Assembly: GCA_009602725.1 (NCBI GenBank)
Contig: WELB01000007.1
Coordinates: 749,697-813,696 of the forward strand
Direction of reading: 5' to 3'
DNA length: 64,000 nucleotides
From: Spirogloea muscicola
Taxonomy: Eukaryota
Shown here: in pieces, positions 28,740 through 42,287 of the stretch
Layout of the letters: each line of letters begins with the position of its first letter
How positions within the stretch are numbered: the stretch's first letter is position 1
The notes under the pieces: model-generated
The model's database searches: none
The model's input: the letters and a program-made list of their open reading frames with translations, nothing else
What the model was told of the DNA's origin: nothing
Translations under genes and position numbers: made by a program

Positions 28740-31480
28740 AAGACTTGCATCTACTGACTAGAGGTTACTGAGAGTCCGCTTGCTGCTGTCTCCGTCCTTA
28801 GCCTGTGGCTCCGTCAAGAACACCTATATGCATCTGGCTGGCTTTCACAGCCGCTCTTCCAATATCAGCAGCCGCATTCTTCTTTCTTTCTTTAGCACTC
28901 CGGCTCCTTCAGACCTTGTCCATTCCTTTGGGCGGCCGGCCAGCCCCATTCTTTTTTGGGCTGGCTTTGCCAGCCCCTCTTTTCTATGGGCGCGCTCTTC
29001 TCATACGCGACGCGCCGACCTGGTCGCCATCCCGCCCGGCGGCGGTCCCCGCATCATCGCTGATGTGGTGACAACATACTGCAGAACACAGAAACGATGC
29101 AGAGGAAAGCTCAGTACCCACGAGTGAGCAACATCAGGTCTGAGTAGCTCGCTGCAGGGAAAGAGGCGCTCCGCCGAGACCCAGAGGCGGCGGCCATAGC
29201 ACGGCCTGCGCGCGTATGGACGACGCCGATCTGGTGGGATTGGCGGAGTCGATGCAGGCAGTTGGTGTTTGCAGGGCACGCGGTCGGCCAGGCGGCCCGG
29301 GGCAAGGAGCGAAAATATGCTGATCACCCTGTGGGGGATGAATTCGCGGCCCTGGCGATGGATGTACACGGGGCTTTCGGCAGCCGCTGGCTGGATCTCA
29401 TTCAGCGGCTTGCCCGACAGGCCATTGACCGGCGGCCGGGTCTGCCAGGGGCGATGCCCGGCTTCAACGCCGCCGGTTCGCTCGAACAAGTCTTCCGCAT
29501 GCGGCTGGCCGTATCGCTTCAACGCTCCCTTGCCCACGCCGTCCACACGCGAGCAGGCCGTGCTGTGGCCGCCGCCTTTGGGTCTCGGCGGAGTGCCTCT
29601 TTCCCTGCAGCGAGCTACTCAGACCTGATGTTGCTCACTCGTGGGTACTGAGCTTCCCTCTGCATCGTCTCTGTGTTCTGCAGTGTTTTGTCGTGTAGTC
29701 CTTTCTCCGGCTCCTCTTTCTTTGGCTATGGACATTGTCCTTTCTTTTTTGGGCTGGCTTTGCCAGCGAGAGAAGTGCGCGCCCATAGAGAAGAGGGGCT
29801 GGCAAAGCCACCCCAAAAAGGAATGGACAATGTCCAAAGCCAAAGAAAGAGGAGCCGGAAAGACGACTACATGACAAAACACTGCAGAACACAGAGACGA
29901 TGCAGAGGGAAGCTCAGTACCCACGAGTGAGCAACATCAGGTCTGAGTAGCTCGCTGCAGGGAAATGCAAGCGCGGACAGATTAAGTGGTGGCTGGGAGA
30001 GGCCAGCCCAAGAGAATGGACAAGGTCTGAAGAGGCACTCCGCCGAGACCCCGAGGCGGCGGTCATAGCACGGCCTGCTCGCGTGTGGACGGCGTGGGCA
30101 AGGGAGCGTTCAAGTGATACGGCCAGGCGCATGCGGAAGACTTGTGCGAGCGAACCGGCGGCGTTGAAGCCGGGCATCGCCCCTGGCAGACCCGGCCGCC
30201 GGTCAATGGCCTGGCGGGCAAGCCGCTGAATGAGATCCAGCCAGCGGCTGCCGAAAGCCCCGTGTACATCCATCGCCAGGGCCGCGAATTCATCCCACAC
30301 CGGGTGATCAGCCTCTCCCAGCCACCACTTAATCTGGCCGCGCTTGCTATCTGAAGAGACGAGAACAGCTCTGCCAACTTACGGCCACAGGACTCGCGGA
30401 GCCGTCCGCCACGTGGCGTGCAGGCGCTATGGAGAAGAAAGGACGCTTCCAGGTTACCTTCCCTTCCAGGCTAGCTATTCAGATTTGCATCTACTGACGG
30501 GAGGTTACTGAGAGTTCGCTTACTGCTGTCTCAGTCCTTAGCACTCCGACTCCTTCAGACCTTGTCCATTCTTTTGGGCTGGCCACTCCCAGCCACCACT
30601 TAATCTGGCCGCGCTTGCTCTTCCAGAGGAGGGCGGTGGCTGTGAGAAGTGGCTCTCCAAATGGGGGCAAGGGCTGTGAGAAGCCTGCCCAAAAGGGAAT
30701 TGACAAGATATAAAGGGGCCAAACTACAAAAGGGCCAAACGCGCTATCTCAGAACTGTTGGAGGAAATTGTTGTGGTGTTTTGAGTGCTTCATCCTCCAG
30801 GAGATGGCAGTGGCAGTGAGAGGCCAGCCCAGAAAAGGAATGAACAAAGTTCGGACGGGCCAGAGACGCTGACCTCCCGCGGGAAGACGAGTTCTTCCCG
30901 CTCGCCATCGACACCCAAAGTGCGTTGGGCGCTCGGTGGCTCGAACGAACAAGGATTCCACATTAACTGGTGGCTGTGAGAGGCCAGCCAAAAAAAGGAG
31001 CTGCTCAACCAGCTCTCGCGTCACGCCATTTTCCACAGATCCCATTGCGGAGCGGGTGGATTTCCATGCAGCAGGCTCGCTCGCGCAGGTGTACCGCAGG
31101 CGCCTGTCCTCTCGGTGCAGAGGTCCATGGCTCGCGCGCTGCATCTGCGTGCCGGTCGTGCCCTAGCTGCAGCCTCTGGCCCTGGCCAGGGGACCAGCTA
31201 CCAGGAGAGAGACGCTTCCAAGAGAGGGCGGTGGCTGGGAGAAGAAGTGGCTCTCCCAATGGGGGCAAGGGCTGTGAAAAGCCAGCCCGAAAAGAATTGA
31301 CCAAGTTTCGAAGGGGCCACAATGACGGAGGGGCCTAAAAATGCTGGGAGAGGCCAGCCCAGAAAAAAGAATTAACAACGCTACCAGGAGCCCAGCTTCT
31401 CCGACCTGCGGCTGCTTAGCAGGGGAATATCGTGTATTTGAAACAAACGAAGGCCAAATGGCCAAGTACAAAGGCAAGCA
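28740..31480. mobile_element. Nested cluster of RLE retrotransposon 3' fragments in both orientations
   Basis: Repeated peptides KERKYADHPVGDEFAALAMDVHGAFG..RMRLAVSLQRSLAHAVH..YSDLMLLTRGY* (29262-29651 +, 29914-30300 -, 29111-29220 -) plus many copies of the gggctggN(5-7)cagcc 3'-UTR motif. Confidence 0.78.
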
Positions 31481-31519
31481 AATCTTAAGACCTACATAAC
31501 CTACAGTAGATTGACCCGC

Positions 31520-32345
31520 TCAGAAACCACGGGTCAAAACATAAAGGTCGCTAACCGATGCCTGGATACTAGACGGCAGATACGAAGCCCTTCTGCCACC
31601 AACTAGAGCTCGCCCAGCTTTCTGGTGCAAAGCATTAGCCTGAGCACGCTGCAAACAGGCTTATCTGTCGTCGCAACAACGACAGATAAGCAGCTGGCAA
31701 GCCCATCTCAGCCGGGAACACATCTGCATGTCGTGTGTAGCCTAGATTGGCTATGTCTTGAAGGAGAGTAAGGAAACGAGGACCTAAGCAGGCAAAGATG
31801 TCGATTGCTGCTGGCAAGAGCTGATCACATCGGGGGTAATCGGAGTAGTGCTGCAACTTTCTTTGTTCAGCACTGCCCACTGCGTGGCCAGCGATGTGTG
31901 TCGATGCTGGACCTTTATAGGCCTCCGTAAGCACAATATCGACCAAAGCGCTTGATCCTCCACCAGGTTGCACGCCCACAATGTCAAGTGTGCGGCGATG
32001 ATGACGTCCCTGGGCATCCGTGGTGATAGGCATGATGTTGTTCACTTCCACGACCGCACGGTACCCGGCGTCGCGCATCAAACCCGTCAGAGCATCACCG
32101 AGGAGGTTGTGGATGCCCAACACTTCTGGTCCAGTGGGGCATCGCAGCATGTGAGTGGCGAGCTCAGCACTCTCTGCGCGGAAGCCGCACTCACACTGGC
32201 GCACCCCAATCAGGCAGTTAGGTGGGAGGCCGAGGAAGAGTTGAAGCAACGTCCGAAAGGCCTCGGAGCTGATGCTGAAGGCGCTGGCCACGGCGTGTGA
32301 GGTGATCCAGTCTGTGGCTCCAGGTGTGGCGAGGGAAGTAAGTCT
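31520..32345 (-). mobile_element. Second subfamily of RLE retrotransposon, 5'-truncated and frameshifted
   Basis: RLTSLATPGATDWIT..FRTLLQLFLGL..CECG..HMLRC..IHNLLGD..RTLDI..VDI..EQRKLQHY..LLPAAIDIFACLG..RRQIS; after a frameshift near 31650, QRAQANALHQKAGRAL..SVSDLYVLTRGF*. Confidence 0.75.
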
Positions 32346-33110
32346 TGCCAGGCCCCTTGGATTGTTGTGAATCTCTGGCAGCCTCCTCAGGGGTTACTGA
32401 GTGTTTTGTAGCTGCTTGCTTTCATAGAAATGGTTCCATAGGGGCTAGCTTTAGCGCTTCCCCTTGGCCAGAGAAGACGCCAAAGCACGCAGGGAATCAA
32501 GTAGCCACGGCACACTCAGTAATGAAAGGGTGGCCAGTTTAAGCCAAAACAATGGTCATACAGAGAACGGTAGTGCAATAGTTGGCCTACATGAAACGAA
32601 GCCCTATGCTAATGTTGCTAAGGTAACCGTGTGACGTATGCGGCGAGGGCTGTGAATAGCAGCCCAGAAACAGGCTAATACAGGAATGAACACAGCTCTT
32701 CCAGTTTAAGGCAATGGCTGTGAGAGGCCAGCCCAAACGAATGTACAAGGCGCGAAAAGCGCGAAGGCGCAACAACGATAACTGTGCAAATCTGCAGCGG
32801 GGGGACCAAGGCCAGCCCGGCCTCCGGGCTGGCCGGTGGCCGCGGCCTCCGCCGGCGCCGGAGCCGCCNCCGCCGCCGGCGCCGCCGCGCGAGGCGGCTC
32901 GGCACAGTCGTCGCCGGCCACTGCGCCGCGCTCCTTGAAGAGCCTGGACCGCCGCGCGACCCGCGGTTGCCCGCATTGCTGCGCCAAGCGCGCTAGTCGA
33001 GCCAGAAAGCCCGCTGGTTGGTTGGGCAAGGCCGAGTGGTGGGCTCACGGCGCGGGGCCGCCGAGGCCCCGGGCTGGCAGCCAGGGCCGCGTGGCGGCTG
33101 GCTGCCAGCC

Positions 33111-36100
33111 ATGAGTACGACGGCCGGGAGCCAGTGTCGGGAGAGCTACGGCTTCCTGCCATGCTCCAGCACCCTCAAGGGCAGCTGCACGCTCATGCTC
33201 TTCTACGGCTACCTGCTCTTCAAGGGCGCGCAGCTCATCGCCGATGGCTCCGAGCTACTGCTGGAGGTGACTCTCCGACGGCAACCATTTAGCGCCACCG
33301 GACCACTGTCAAATACTTCGCAGCCAGGGCGGCTTGAGTCAGCCGCATCGACTTCGTCTCCTTGGCTCCTTGCCCAACCCGCAGGAGCCACGATACGGAC
33401 CATCGAAGCTCGGGCCATGACGCAGTAGGTGCAGGTGGATCACACGGCAGTGATCTTGACGGAGCTGTTGTGACGGCCTTGCTGGCAGCAGAGTATGCTA
33501 GCGTGATAGACGTTAAATAGCACTGAAGCTCAAGTGCCACAGCACGTGTGGTGCACATTGTGCTGCAAAGGTCTCTATGCTGCCTCTACTATAGGTCGTT
33601 AGAGGCGTAGTATGCTCGAGAGAGAAGCAGTTGTGTCAAGTGCTTACCCCTACGACTATGTGCCGTGCAGCTGTCAGAATCAAAGCAGCAAGTGCTGGCT
33701 TTGAGGGCGGTATGACACTTGATGTCCCTGACCTGTGCCTGTGCATCGACTGCGTGTTGCAGATCCTTGATCCAGGCCTCATAGGAGGCCTTCTCCTACC
33801 TATTCTTGGTGCATTGCCGGATTGCTTCATCATTGCCATGTCAGGGCTTGGCTCCAGTCCTGATGTTGCTCAGGTCAGCTTTCAAGCACACAGTGCCACT
33901 CACGCCTGTTGTCTTCTGCCCGTACATCTGCCATTGCAACTCCAATACTGCGCTGCTAAGTAGCTATCGTTTAAATATTGAGCATCATTAGGATCTAATA
34001 TAACATGAGCATGCTCTGCAAGTTGCTGCCACAGGCACCTGATCGCACCTATCACTCGCATCCTTGTGGGCAAGCTTGACTTATGCAGACGAAGGTCGCA
34101 GTAGGCATTGGTACGCTAGCAGGCTCCACAATCATGCTGCTTACAATAGCATGGGGCGGCTCGCTTCTCATTGGCCGCTGCGACCTGAGAGAGTTGGATG
34201 GCCGTTCAATTGATAAGCAGCTTACTCGAAGCTGTGATTTCGTCAATACTGGGGTTACCACTGACGGGTACGACACAAGGAGAATATACTACTGACATGC
34301 ACATGACTGCATGTAAGCTTACAGAAGCTCCTGGCTGTGGCTCCTTGTTTCTGGCTGTTTCATCACAGGTGTGAATGTATGCAATATACTTCGACATATA
34401 GCCAGTACCTATGTGACAGGGAACAGGGGTCAGAAGTGGTTGCACTGAAGTCCATCTTACATTTCCATCATGTGCAGGTTGACACCTCCCAATGCTTATA
34501 TCATGCTCGCATCTGTGTCGCTCTACCTCATTGTTCAGGCTCCCTCGTTGGCAGGGCAGACGCACAATGAGTACACCGTGCTAGCTGCACTTGCTCTTGC
34601 ATCCGTCGGCCTTGTCGCATACTGCTGCTACCAGGTACATTGTACTCGCAGTCTTCTTGCTGATCTCAATACCAGTTATTCTCAATTAACAGCAAGTGGA
34701 TTCAGCATGAAGGCTCGTCTCGCCATGTAGCTGTGGTCAATGAGAGCTTTGTATTTGTTCTGCGACCAATACTGAGGACCTTCAAGTTTTCAGGTAGTGG
34801 TGCCGGAGCTTCAAAAGCGCCAACTACTGGCTGCTCGAGCCCGCTTTGTCAAGTCCCACAGTATCAAGACTGCCAACATTATGGCAGGTAGTCTCTTAGT
34901 TGCTCTGAAGTGGCTGCTGCAAGCTCTCCCTGACATTTTTTGCTCTCCATTGTCATTGCCCTCACCTGCAAGTCACTCACATTGTCATCCTGCTTATTCT
35001 CAACGCCGCTCGCAAATTCCACGGCCAGCCCGGCAAGGCAGCTTCAGCAGCCCTGTGCAGCGGGCTGGCCTCCGCCAGCTTCGCCTTGCTTGACACAACT
35101 TCACGACTCAAACTCTCAACACCGTGCTATTCTGCAGTCCAAACTGGGAGAACACTCTTTGACGCAAATGGCAGTGTGGATGACGCATCTCTGATGCACA
35201 TATTCCACATGTTTGACACTGATCACAATGGGCACATTGAGAGAGATGAGCTGACGGCAAGCAATCTGACCATCTCTTTTAGCCTCAAGCCCACCTTCCT
35301 TTGAGCTTGGCCACCTTTGTGATAATCCTCTGTGCCTCTTTACTTGTATGTAATGAAACAACTTATCTACATCAATATAAGTAGTTGGTCCGCCAGGATC
35401 ACAAACACGAGTCTGGCTTTGGTGAGGCTGTTGCTTCAGTATCATACATGTCAAGACTAGTTGGTGATGGCATATTATAATCTGACTGGAAGACAGCTAC
35501 TTCTTCTGTGGCAGGCGTTGGTGGCGGGGATGACCTTTGGAGCATCAGGCTTTGTTGCACGCGATATAGACGTCCAGCTTTATCTGCAGCAATTCGACAT
35601 AGATAATTCCAACAGCATCACGGCTGACGAATTTTTGTGGGGCATGAAGCAGTGGATAGAACAGGTCCGCTCATTATCATCTCGAAGTGCCCTTTAAACC
35701 AGTGTTAGACAGCCTCAGACTGAGGCGCATCATCATCCTCTTCTGACTGACTCCCACCACCTAAACCTAGGGTCGACCTAATCATGAGGTTCATGCGCAT
35801 GCAGCATGGTCATGCAACTTTGAATGGCTCTTCCTCGGGGAAAATTGAGATCTATTGTGAGCCATCCACGGAGTGTCTGCTTGGGAAGCCACTTTTAGAG
35901 GCTGCGCTCGAGGAGAAGGAGGAAGAGGAGGACGACAAGAAGCAACCACCCACTAAATCCCAGCTTGCTATCGAAGCCATTGTGTACCTATGTCTTGGAA
36001 GCTTCTCCATTGGCTTGTTCTCAGGTCCAATGGTGAGTTGCAGTCCTCACTATCAGGAAGGTTGACTTCTCGTCCTGGATTGATGGACAGCTAGCATGGC

Positions 36101-36872
36101 CTCATTCTCTTACAGGCACATGCTGCATTTTGTTTGTTGCCTGCAGGTGGAGTCCATCTCAACCTTAGCAGAACGCTCTGACATTCCAGCTTTCTTCATC
36201 TCATTTATAGTCACCCCAATGGTGTCCAATGCTAGTGAGCTTGTCTCATCGTTCGCTTTTGCAAGCAAGAGGAGGCAGCGGAACATATCCCTCACATTCG
36301 CTCAGGTGACAATCTACCATCTTTTCTGACTGAAGCCGCCTGGCAACATGTGTTTCAACTGCAAGCTGCTCAATCTTGCGATGTACATACCTCACACTTA
36401 AGGCAGCTGCTCTTCCTGGATTGGTGGATCGTTTAACCACCTAGTCTGCTTGGATGCATCCTACCTTATTGCACAAATGGCAGGTCTACGGTGCTGTGAC
36501 CATGAACAACACCCTTTGCTTGGCTGTCTTTTTACTTCTTGTCTACCTCAAAGACATAGCATGGGACTTCTCCGCTGAGGTGCGCAAGCTCATGCCTGCT
36601 TTGCAATCGGATGGGTGTTTGCTTGTCTAATGGAGGTCAAGTGTAAGCTCAAAACGATAGGGGTCAATGGGGACATGGTGGAGCCTCTTCATGTTGTGTT
36701 GGGGGCCATGCTCCTGCAGGTCACTGTGATCTTTGTGACGGTCATGCTGGTGGGAAGCTTGGGAGCGAGCAGACTTACCTTCAAGGCGTGGCTTGCCTTC
36801 CCCGTTCTACTCCTGTATCCCTTCTCGCTTGCACTGGTGGCATACCTTGACCAAGTGCTGGGTTGGCACTGA
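33111..36872 (+). CDS. NCL: Na+/Ca2+ exchanger-like protein with EF-hands
   Basis: CRESYGFLPCS..YGYLLFKGAQLIADGSELLLE / ILDPGLIGGLLLPILGALPD / VAVGIGTLAGSTIMLLT; EF-hands FDTDHNGHIERDEL and FDIDNSNSITADEF; IPAFFISFIVTPMVSNASE; YGAVTMNN; ends LVAYLDQVLGWH*. Confidence 0.93.
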
Positions 36873-37900
36873 TGCTCCTTGACACCAACTCTCCACCCCT
36901 ACTCTTTTGAAAGTCTGTATGCTGGCTGCCCTGCTACTTCAGTGAAGCAAGTGGCGGAGATGTGATGCCATTGATGACGGCCTGGTGGCTATGTCTGCGG
37001 TGTTGCCAATCTGATGAACGGCAGGCCTCCAGCGTCGTCGCTCCTGTAGTACCCTGGAGCATGAAGTCTCTGGCTGCTTGTGAAGTTGCCAGGAGAGCTG
37101 GTGAGCCTGTGTACATAGCAAGGTCGGAGTGATTCATGCCACTCCAACGGCAGAGCCAGCATCATGACGACAAGCGCGATGCTTCAGCAGAAACCGATTT
37201 ATGCCAACAAGGGCCCCCGCCAGGCCTACAAGCGCTGTCTTGTTAAAGCAGAGGGCGACAGCAAAGGAGACACCGGGGAAAGCGGTCTGTGCTGCTTGGC
37301 GGCTCGCCGCCTGCAGCGTGGTGCAGGCCATGACTGCAGTACGAACCCTGGGCCTTGACTGTGCACAGCCATCGCCCTCTGCGTGCTGACCCGTGGTTAA
37401 TGAGCGGGTCAGCTTAGCAGCAAAGTGATGTACATCTGTCAACGGGCTTGCCTTGGTACTTGGCCACTGAGGCCCTCCATCACTCACGACACACTCATTC
37501 CTCCACTGGAAGACTCTTTCTTCCCCTTTACCCCTCTCTCCTCCCTCTTTCCGTGCGGACTGCACTGCCAGCTCCGCCTTGGGGAGCTCTTGTTACTGCA
37601 GTGCTTAGGGTGTAGTAATCAGGGCAGCAGCGCCGGCGGAGGTGGCGACGGCGGTGGGCGAGGCTGTGCCCGTGGAGCCTGGAGGAAGGGGATATCCAGC
37701 GGACGCTGACAGAGCTTCCTTTACGCGCACGCCGACAAGCGCTGCCTGGCAGCAGCGGCTGCCGCCTGCCTTCAGTGGCGAACCTTCAGTGGCCCTCGCG
37801 GCAGCATGGCCTTTGCCGAATCCTGTGGCCGTATAGTGGCCGTGTAGTGGCCGCCGCTGATGCTGCCGCCGCCACTTAGCGAAGGCTGCAGTGGCTGGCG

Positions 37901-40900
37901 ATGCCGGTGGTGGCGCGGGGCGTGAAGCCGCAACGCCCAAAGCGGCGCCGGCTCGGCGGCGGCGGCGACAGCGCCCGCCGGCGCTGTGGGCTGCCGGCTG
38001 CCGGAGCTGCCGCCGCCCATGACGTGGCAGACGAAGAGGCCTCGCGGGGCTTGCCGCCAGCTGATGGCGAGAAGGCGGCGGCCCGTGCAACCGACAGCGA
38101 CGAGGGCAGCCTCGCGGCCGCCGCTCCACCGGCAGAGCCGCGGGACTGCCCACCAGGGAGCGCGCCGACTGCCGAGGAGGACGACGGCGGCGAGGCCGAC
38201 AGCGGAGTCGATCAGGAGGAGCCAGACGCCGACGGATCCCGGCGGGCTGGCGAGGGGCCGCGCCGGCCGAGAGCCGCTCTCCAGCTGGGCTCCTGCGTCG
38301 ACTGCGCCGACCTTGCTGCGTGCTGCCCAGACGACAACGGCCACCGGAAGGATGCAGTCAGCGAGGCCAAGACGGTGCCGCCAACATCCGAGCAGTCCCC
38401 AGCAGAGGCTCTTGGTGTTGGTGCGGTGCATGGTCTGCCGACCGGTGACATGGCCAACGGGCTTGGCGCTGGGCCCACAAGAGCACTGGTAGAGAGGAGC
38501 GCCGGTGCAGCCTGCGGCGACGAGCTGTGGCGGCCTGGCTGGCCACTGCGTCCCTGGATGGGCACGCTCGGTGCCCACTGGGCGCCAGGCAGCGCTGCCG
38601 GCGTACCCAGTGCCGAGGACCGGCCTGCTGCGTCCCACCCCGGGTGCGTTGGCGACGGTGCAGTGGGGGGGGTTAAGACTGCAACGTGCCGGGTATGCGG
38701 CGAGGTCGAGGCCGCCGGCTGCACGCTCATCTGCGACACCTGCGGCTGCTCCTTCCACTTGCACTGCTTGCAGCCAAAGCTTCAGCACCCACCCGTGCTC
38801 GACGAGTGGTTCTGCGGTGCCTGCAGCATTGTGAGCTCCATCAAGCGAAGATGCTGTCCCTGAGGTTCATCTGCTGGTCTTCTTGCTGCAGTCTGCCGCA
38901 AGCATTGCTCCAGAAAGATGTTGGGACCACTACCATTGTCTCGCCCTCATGTCTGGCGACCTTGCACCTGCACCTGCCGCATCTGCAGGTGAAGGGGCAG
39001 TCGGGCAGCGCGCTCATGGTTGACGACATGATGGGTTGGGACGCCGCTGCCGTTGCTGGTTGCGTTGCGGCCGCAACAGCGGACCTGTTTGCAGCCGCTA
39101 GTGGCAGCGCCAATATTGCTGCGCCGGGGAGGGAAGACTGGGGCAGCGGCGGCAGGGAAGGCGAGTGCCTAGATTGTGGGAGTGGCCCGCAGCGCTACCT
39201 GTTCCTCGGCGGCTCGTGTGGCCGCGTCCGCATCGGGCGCATGTGCCAGGCGTCCGTCCCTGCTTGGGCGGAGCAGCAGGCCATGGTCATGGCCGCTGCT
39301 GGCAATGAGGGTTCAGGGTGAGGGCTTGACCCGTGCAGTATCGCTTGCTGGCCTTTCTTAAGTCTATAATGCTCTGGCCGTTCGTACGTCTATAATGCTT
39401 TGCAAGTAGTCAAGCTTTGGACCGGTGGCAGCTGCAAGCAGCAGGTAAGGAGCGTGCTGCATGCCGCCACGACTCAGCCAAGATGTTAATGTTTCTTAGT
39501 AGTGCTTAAGCTACAGTTGGAGGGACCAGCCGCTGGCACGGGTGATTGAAAGGTCTTGTTGCACTGCAAGTTTCCAGATCTGGCTGATGCTCTTTAGTGC
39601 TTGCGGGCATTGGCAGGGCGCCAGCTTTGGGCCAGGAGGCAGAGGTCAGCGTGCAAGAGAAGAAGCGTGAGCTGCGCGAAGCGGTGGAGCGAAATGTGCG
39701 TGCTAAATGCCAGAAACTAGGCCAGGCCCAGCCAACTATGCAGTGGCTTGCTTGGAGAATGTAGGGGCTTTAGTCAGCACAATGCCGATTGCTTTCTGAT
39801 GTGAACACTTTCTATCAGCGTGACTGCTAAAAGCACCGCATCTTGCTTGGCCTGCAGAGAAGATGGCTTGCAGAGGAGCGGAGGCGGTTGGAGCAGCTGA
39901 AGGTGGAGCCCCTTGCTGGGAAGGGTGAGAAGTGGGTGCAGTGCCGCGGTGTCCTCGTGAAGGAGGGGCAGCCCAAGTCCGATGGCCGCCCGGCCAAGCG
40001 ATCCATCCTCTGTGCCAAGTGGCGGAGGTTGGCGCAGTCCACCATGCCGACCCGGTCGGTTGTTTAGCAGAAGCCAGCCTGGTCAGACATTTGCAGTTGT
40101 TGGGCAACCTATGCATGCTTAATCTGCCAGGTTACTTGCTTGCGGTTTGCTTATCTACGGCTCTTTGTATGGCTTGTGCACCAGGGTGCCAGCCACAGTG
40201 CAAGTTAGCGACAAGTGGGAGTGCTTCGACAACGTATTTGCCGATCCTTGGAGGGCGGATTGCAATGTGCCCCAGGTGAGATGTGGTCCATACAAGACCA
40301 TGGTAAACATCCAGTGAAATGGCGTGAACTCTTGGGGAGCCCTCGAATGTTCTTGTAATTGTTAGATTGGACAGCCAGCAGTACCCAGTCGAGCTATGCC
40401 AATGCTGATCTGGGCGCAATGCTCAGGAACTGAGCAGCAAGGAGTTGGAAGTCATTCTGAGGGCGCAGGAGGAGACTCGGCAAGCTAAAATGCAGGTCAG
40501 TTGCTGCATTTGTCTCATTGCATCACCTGTGGGCTCGGCATATCAGCTCACCGCTCATCTGTTGTACCTCTGCACCAGTCTGCTGATACAGCGCTCACAA
40601 GCACTAGTGCAATGCTCCCCTCAGCTGATACAGCACAGAGAGAGGTCAGCATGAGGAGAACAGCTCTCTGTTGGAGCACGCTCTTATTACAGTCTGTGAC
40701 TTCCATCAGAATGCGCAAGATCCTCTCTCCTTGTTTGCCAATGCAGGAAAGAGACTGGGAACAGAAGTTCCAGGAGCTGGAGGCCTTTCTGAGAATAGAA
40801 GGTCACTGTCATGTCCCACGGCGGACTTTCCTCGGCCAGTGGTTGCACTCGCAGCGCATAGATGCCAAGCGGGGCCGCCTGACGCCGCAGCAGAAGGTGT

Positions 40901-41449
40901 TCTTGCAAAATGGGCAGAAGAAAGCAGCAGTGGCCAACTCGAACACGCACTTCTGACAATGTTCATACGACATTAAGATGTAAAAATAGAGAATTGGAAA
41001 GCCAGGGCCAACATATTACAAGGCAAGGACTAGCAGGCCGCCTGGTTGCAAGCTCCCAGCCTTGGTAGGCCTGGCCAACCCTTTTGTTCAGTCAGTCTTG
41101 CTGTGTATTGAATTCGTATTTGGTGGTTCTGCAGGCAAAGCTGGAAGGAGTGGGCACTGTGATGGACATCCAGGATGCGCTGTGGGAGGAGGAGTTCCAG
41201 GCGCTCAGGGCATTCCAGGTCAAGCATGGGCACTCCGACGTGGCCCGCCAGCTGGCAGCCCAAGAGAGCCCGCGCTCGCGCGAGGACGCCCAGCTGGCGC
41301 AGTGGGTGCGCGCTCAGCGGCTGGGTGCGCGGCAGCCCTTCAAGGGGAAGCGGCAGCTGCAGCGCATCTGTCGCCTGCTAGAAGCCGATTTTGACTTCAC
41401 TGTGCTTCCGCAGTCTTCGTCCCCGCCTCGTGCACATCTGCAGCAGTAG
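37901..41449 (+). CDS. PHD-finger protein with C-terminal helicase-associated (HA) repeats; internal exons uncertain
   Basis: PHD: CRVCG..LICDTCGCSFHLHCLQP..EWFCGAC (38687-38824). HA-like repeats: WEQKFQELEAF..EGHCHVP..LGQWLHSQR and WEEEFQALRAFQVKHGHSDV..LAQWVRAQR. Joining them into a single gene is inferred. Confidence 0.68.
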
Positions 41450-42287
41450 GATCTGCCGGCTCACACATGATTGTATTCTGTCATTCATGTGAGCTCAATG
41501 GGCTTCACTTGGCTCCGTATGGGTCATTTGTGGTCGACCGTGTCCCTCTATGCCTGCATTTTCATGAGCTACAACCTTACTTGTAGGGCATGAGATCACC
41601 CTGAGATGATCGAAGAGCAGTAGCTGCAGGATACAACTCAGCTCCCGCTCTTCTATTACTTTTGATTGCTGTGGCCCGTTGCTGCAGGATGATCGAGTTG
41701 TAAGATTTGCAAGTGGACTTTGTTAAGGATTCAACGTATCCGCAGCCAGCTGCCTTAAAATCTCTCTTACAGGAGCCACCAATTCTGGGAATAGGGCAAC
41801 AAGCAACCAAGTCCAACTTCTTTGGCCTTGGAGGTGCATTTACTTGAAGCCTTTGTTTCCAGATTTGAAGAGAACTTGAAGAGGCATGTGTGCTTCTGAC
41901 AAGTGTCTTTGAATAAAGAAAGTCGCCCACTATCGCACTAAGATGCTTCCAATGTAGGTTAATGACGACGATAAGTGGATAAGAATGGCATGGCCAGCGT
42001 GGTAGTCTAGGCGAGCCGCTGAAAGTCCATCCTTTCAAGCGGCTCACAGCAATGTCTACAGTCATCAAGAGGCAGAGCTTGCCCCACTGAAGAAAGAAGT
42101 GGCTCCCATAAGGAGGCAGTGCCCCACTGGCCGAAAGTTGGGCGATCGAGGCAGGCAGGTGTGGAGTGCAGGATAGCATACAGTGCTTGATCCTGGCTGT
42201 GCTCGGCTTTGGTTACCTCTCACGCCATCTCTCCATCAGTGGACAACTTCATTGCTGTCTTGCTTCTCCCATACCAAGTCTGCTGTG

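Noticed and set aside
28740..32740. Recurring short repeats as a CRISPR-like array
   Set aside because: Irregular spacing, mixed orientation, spacers are retroelement sequence, eukaryotic context and no cas genes.
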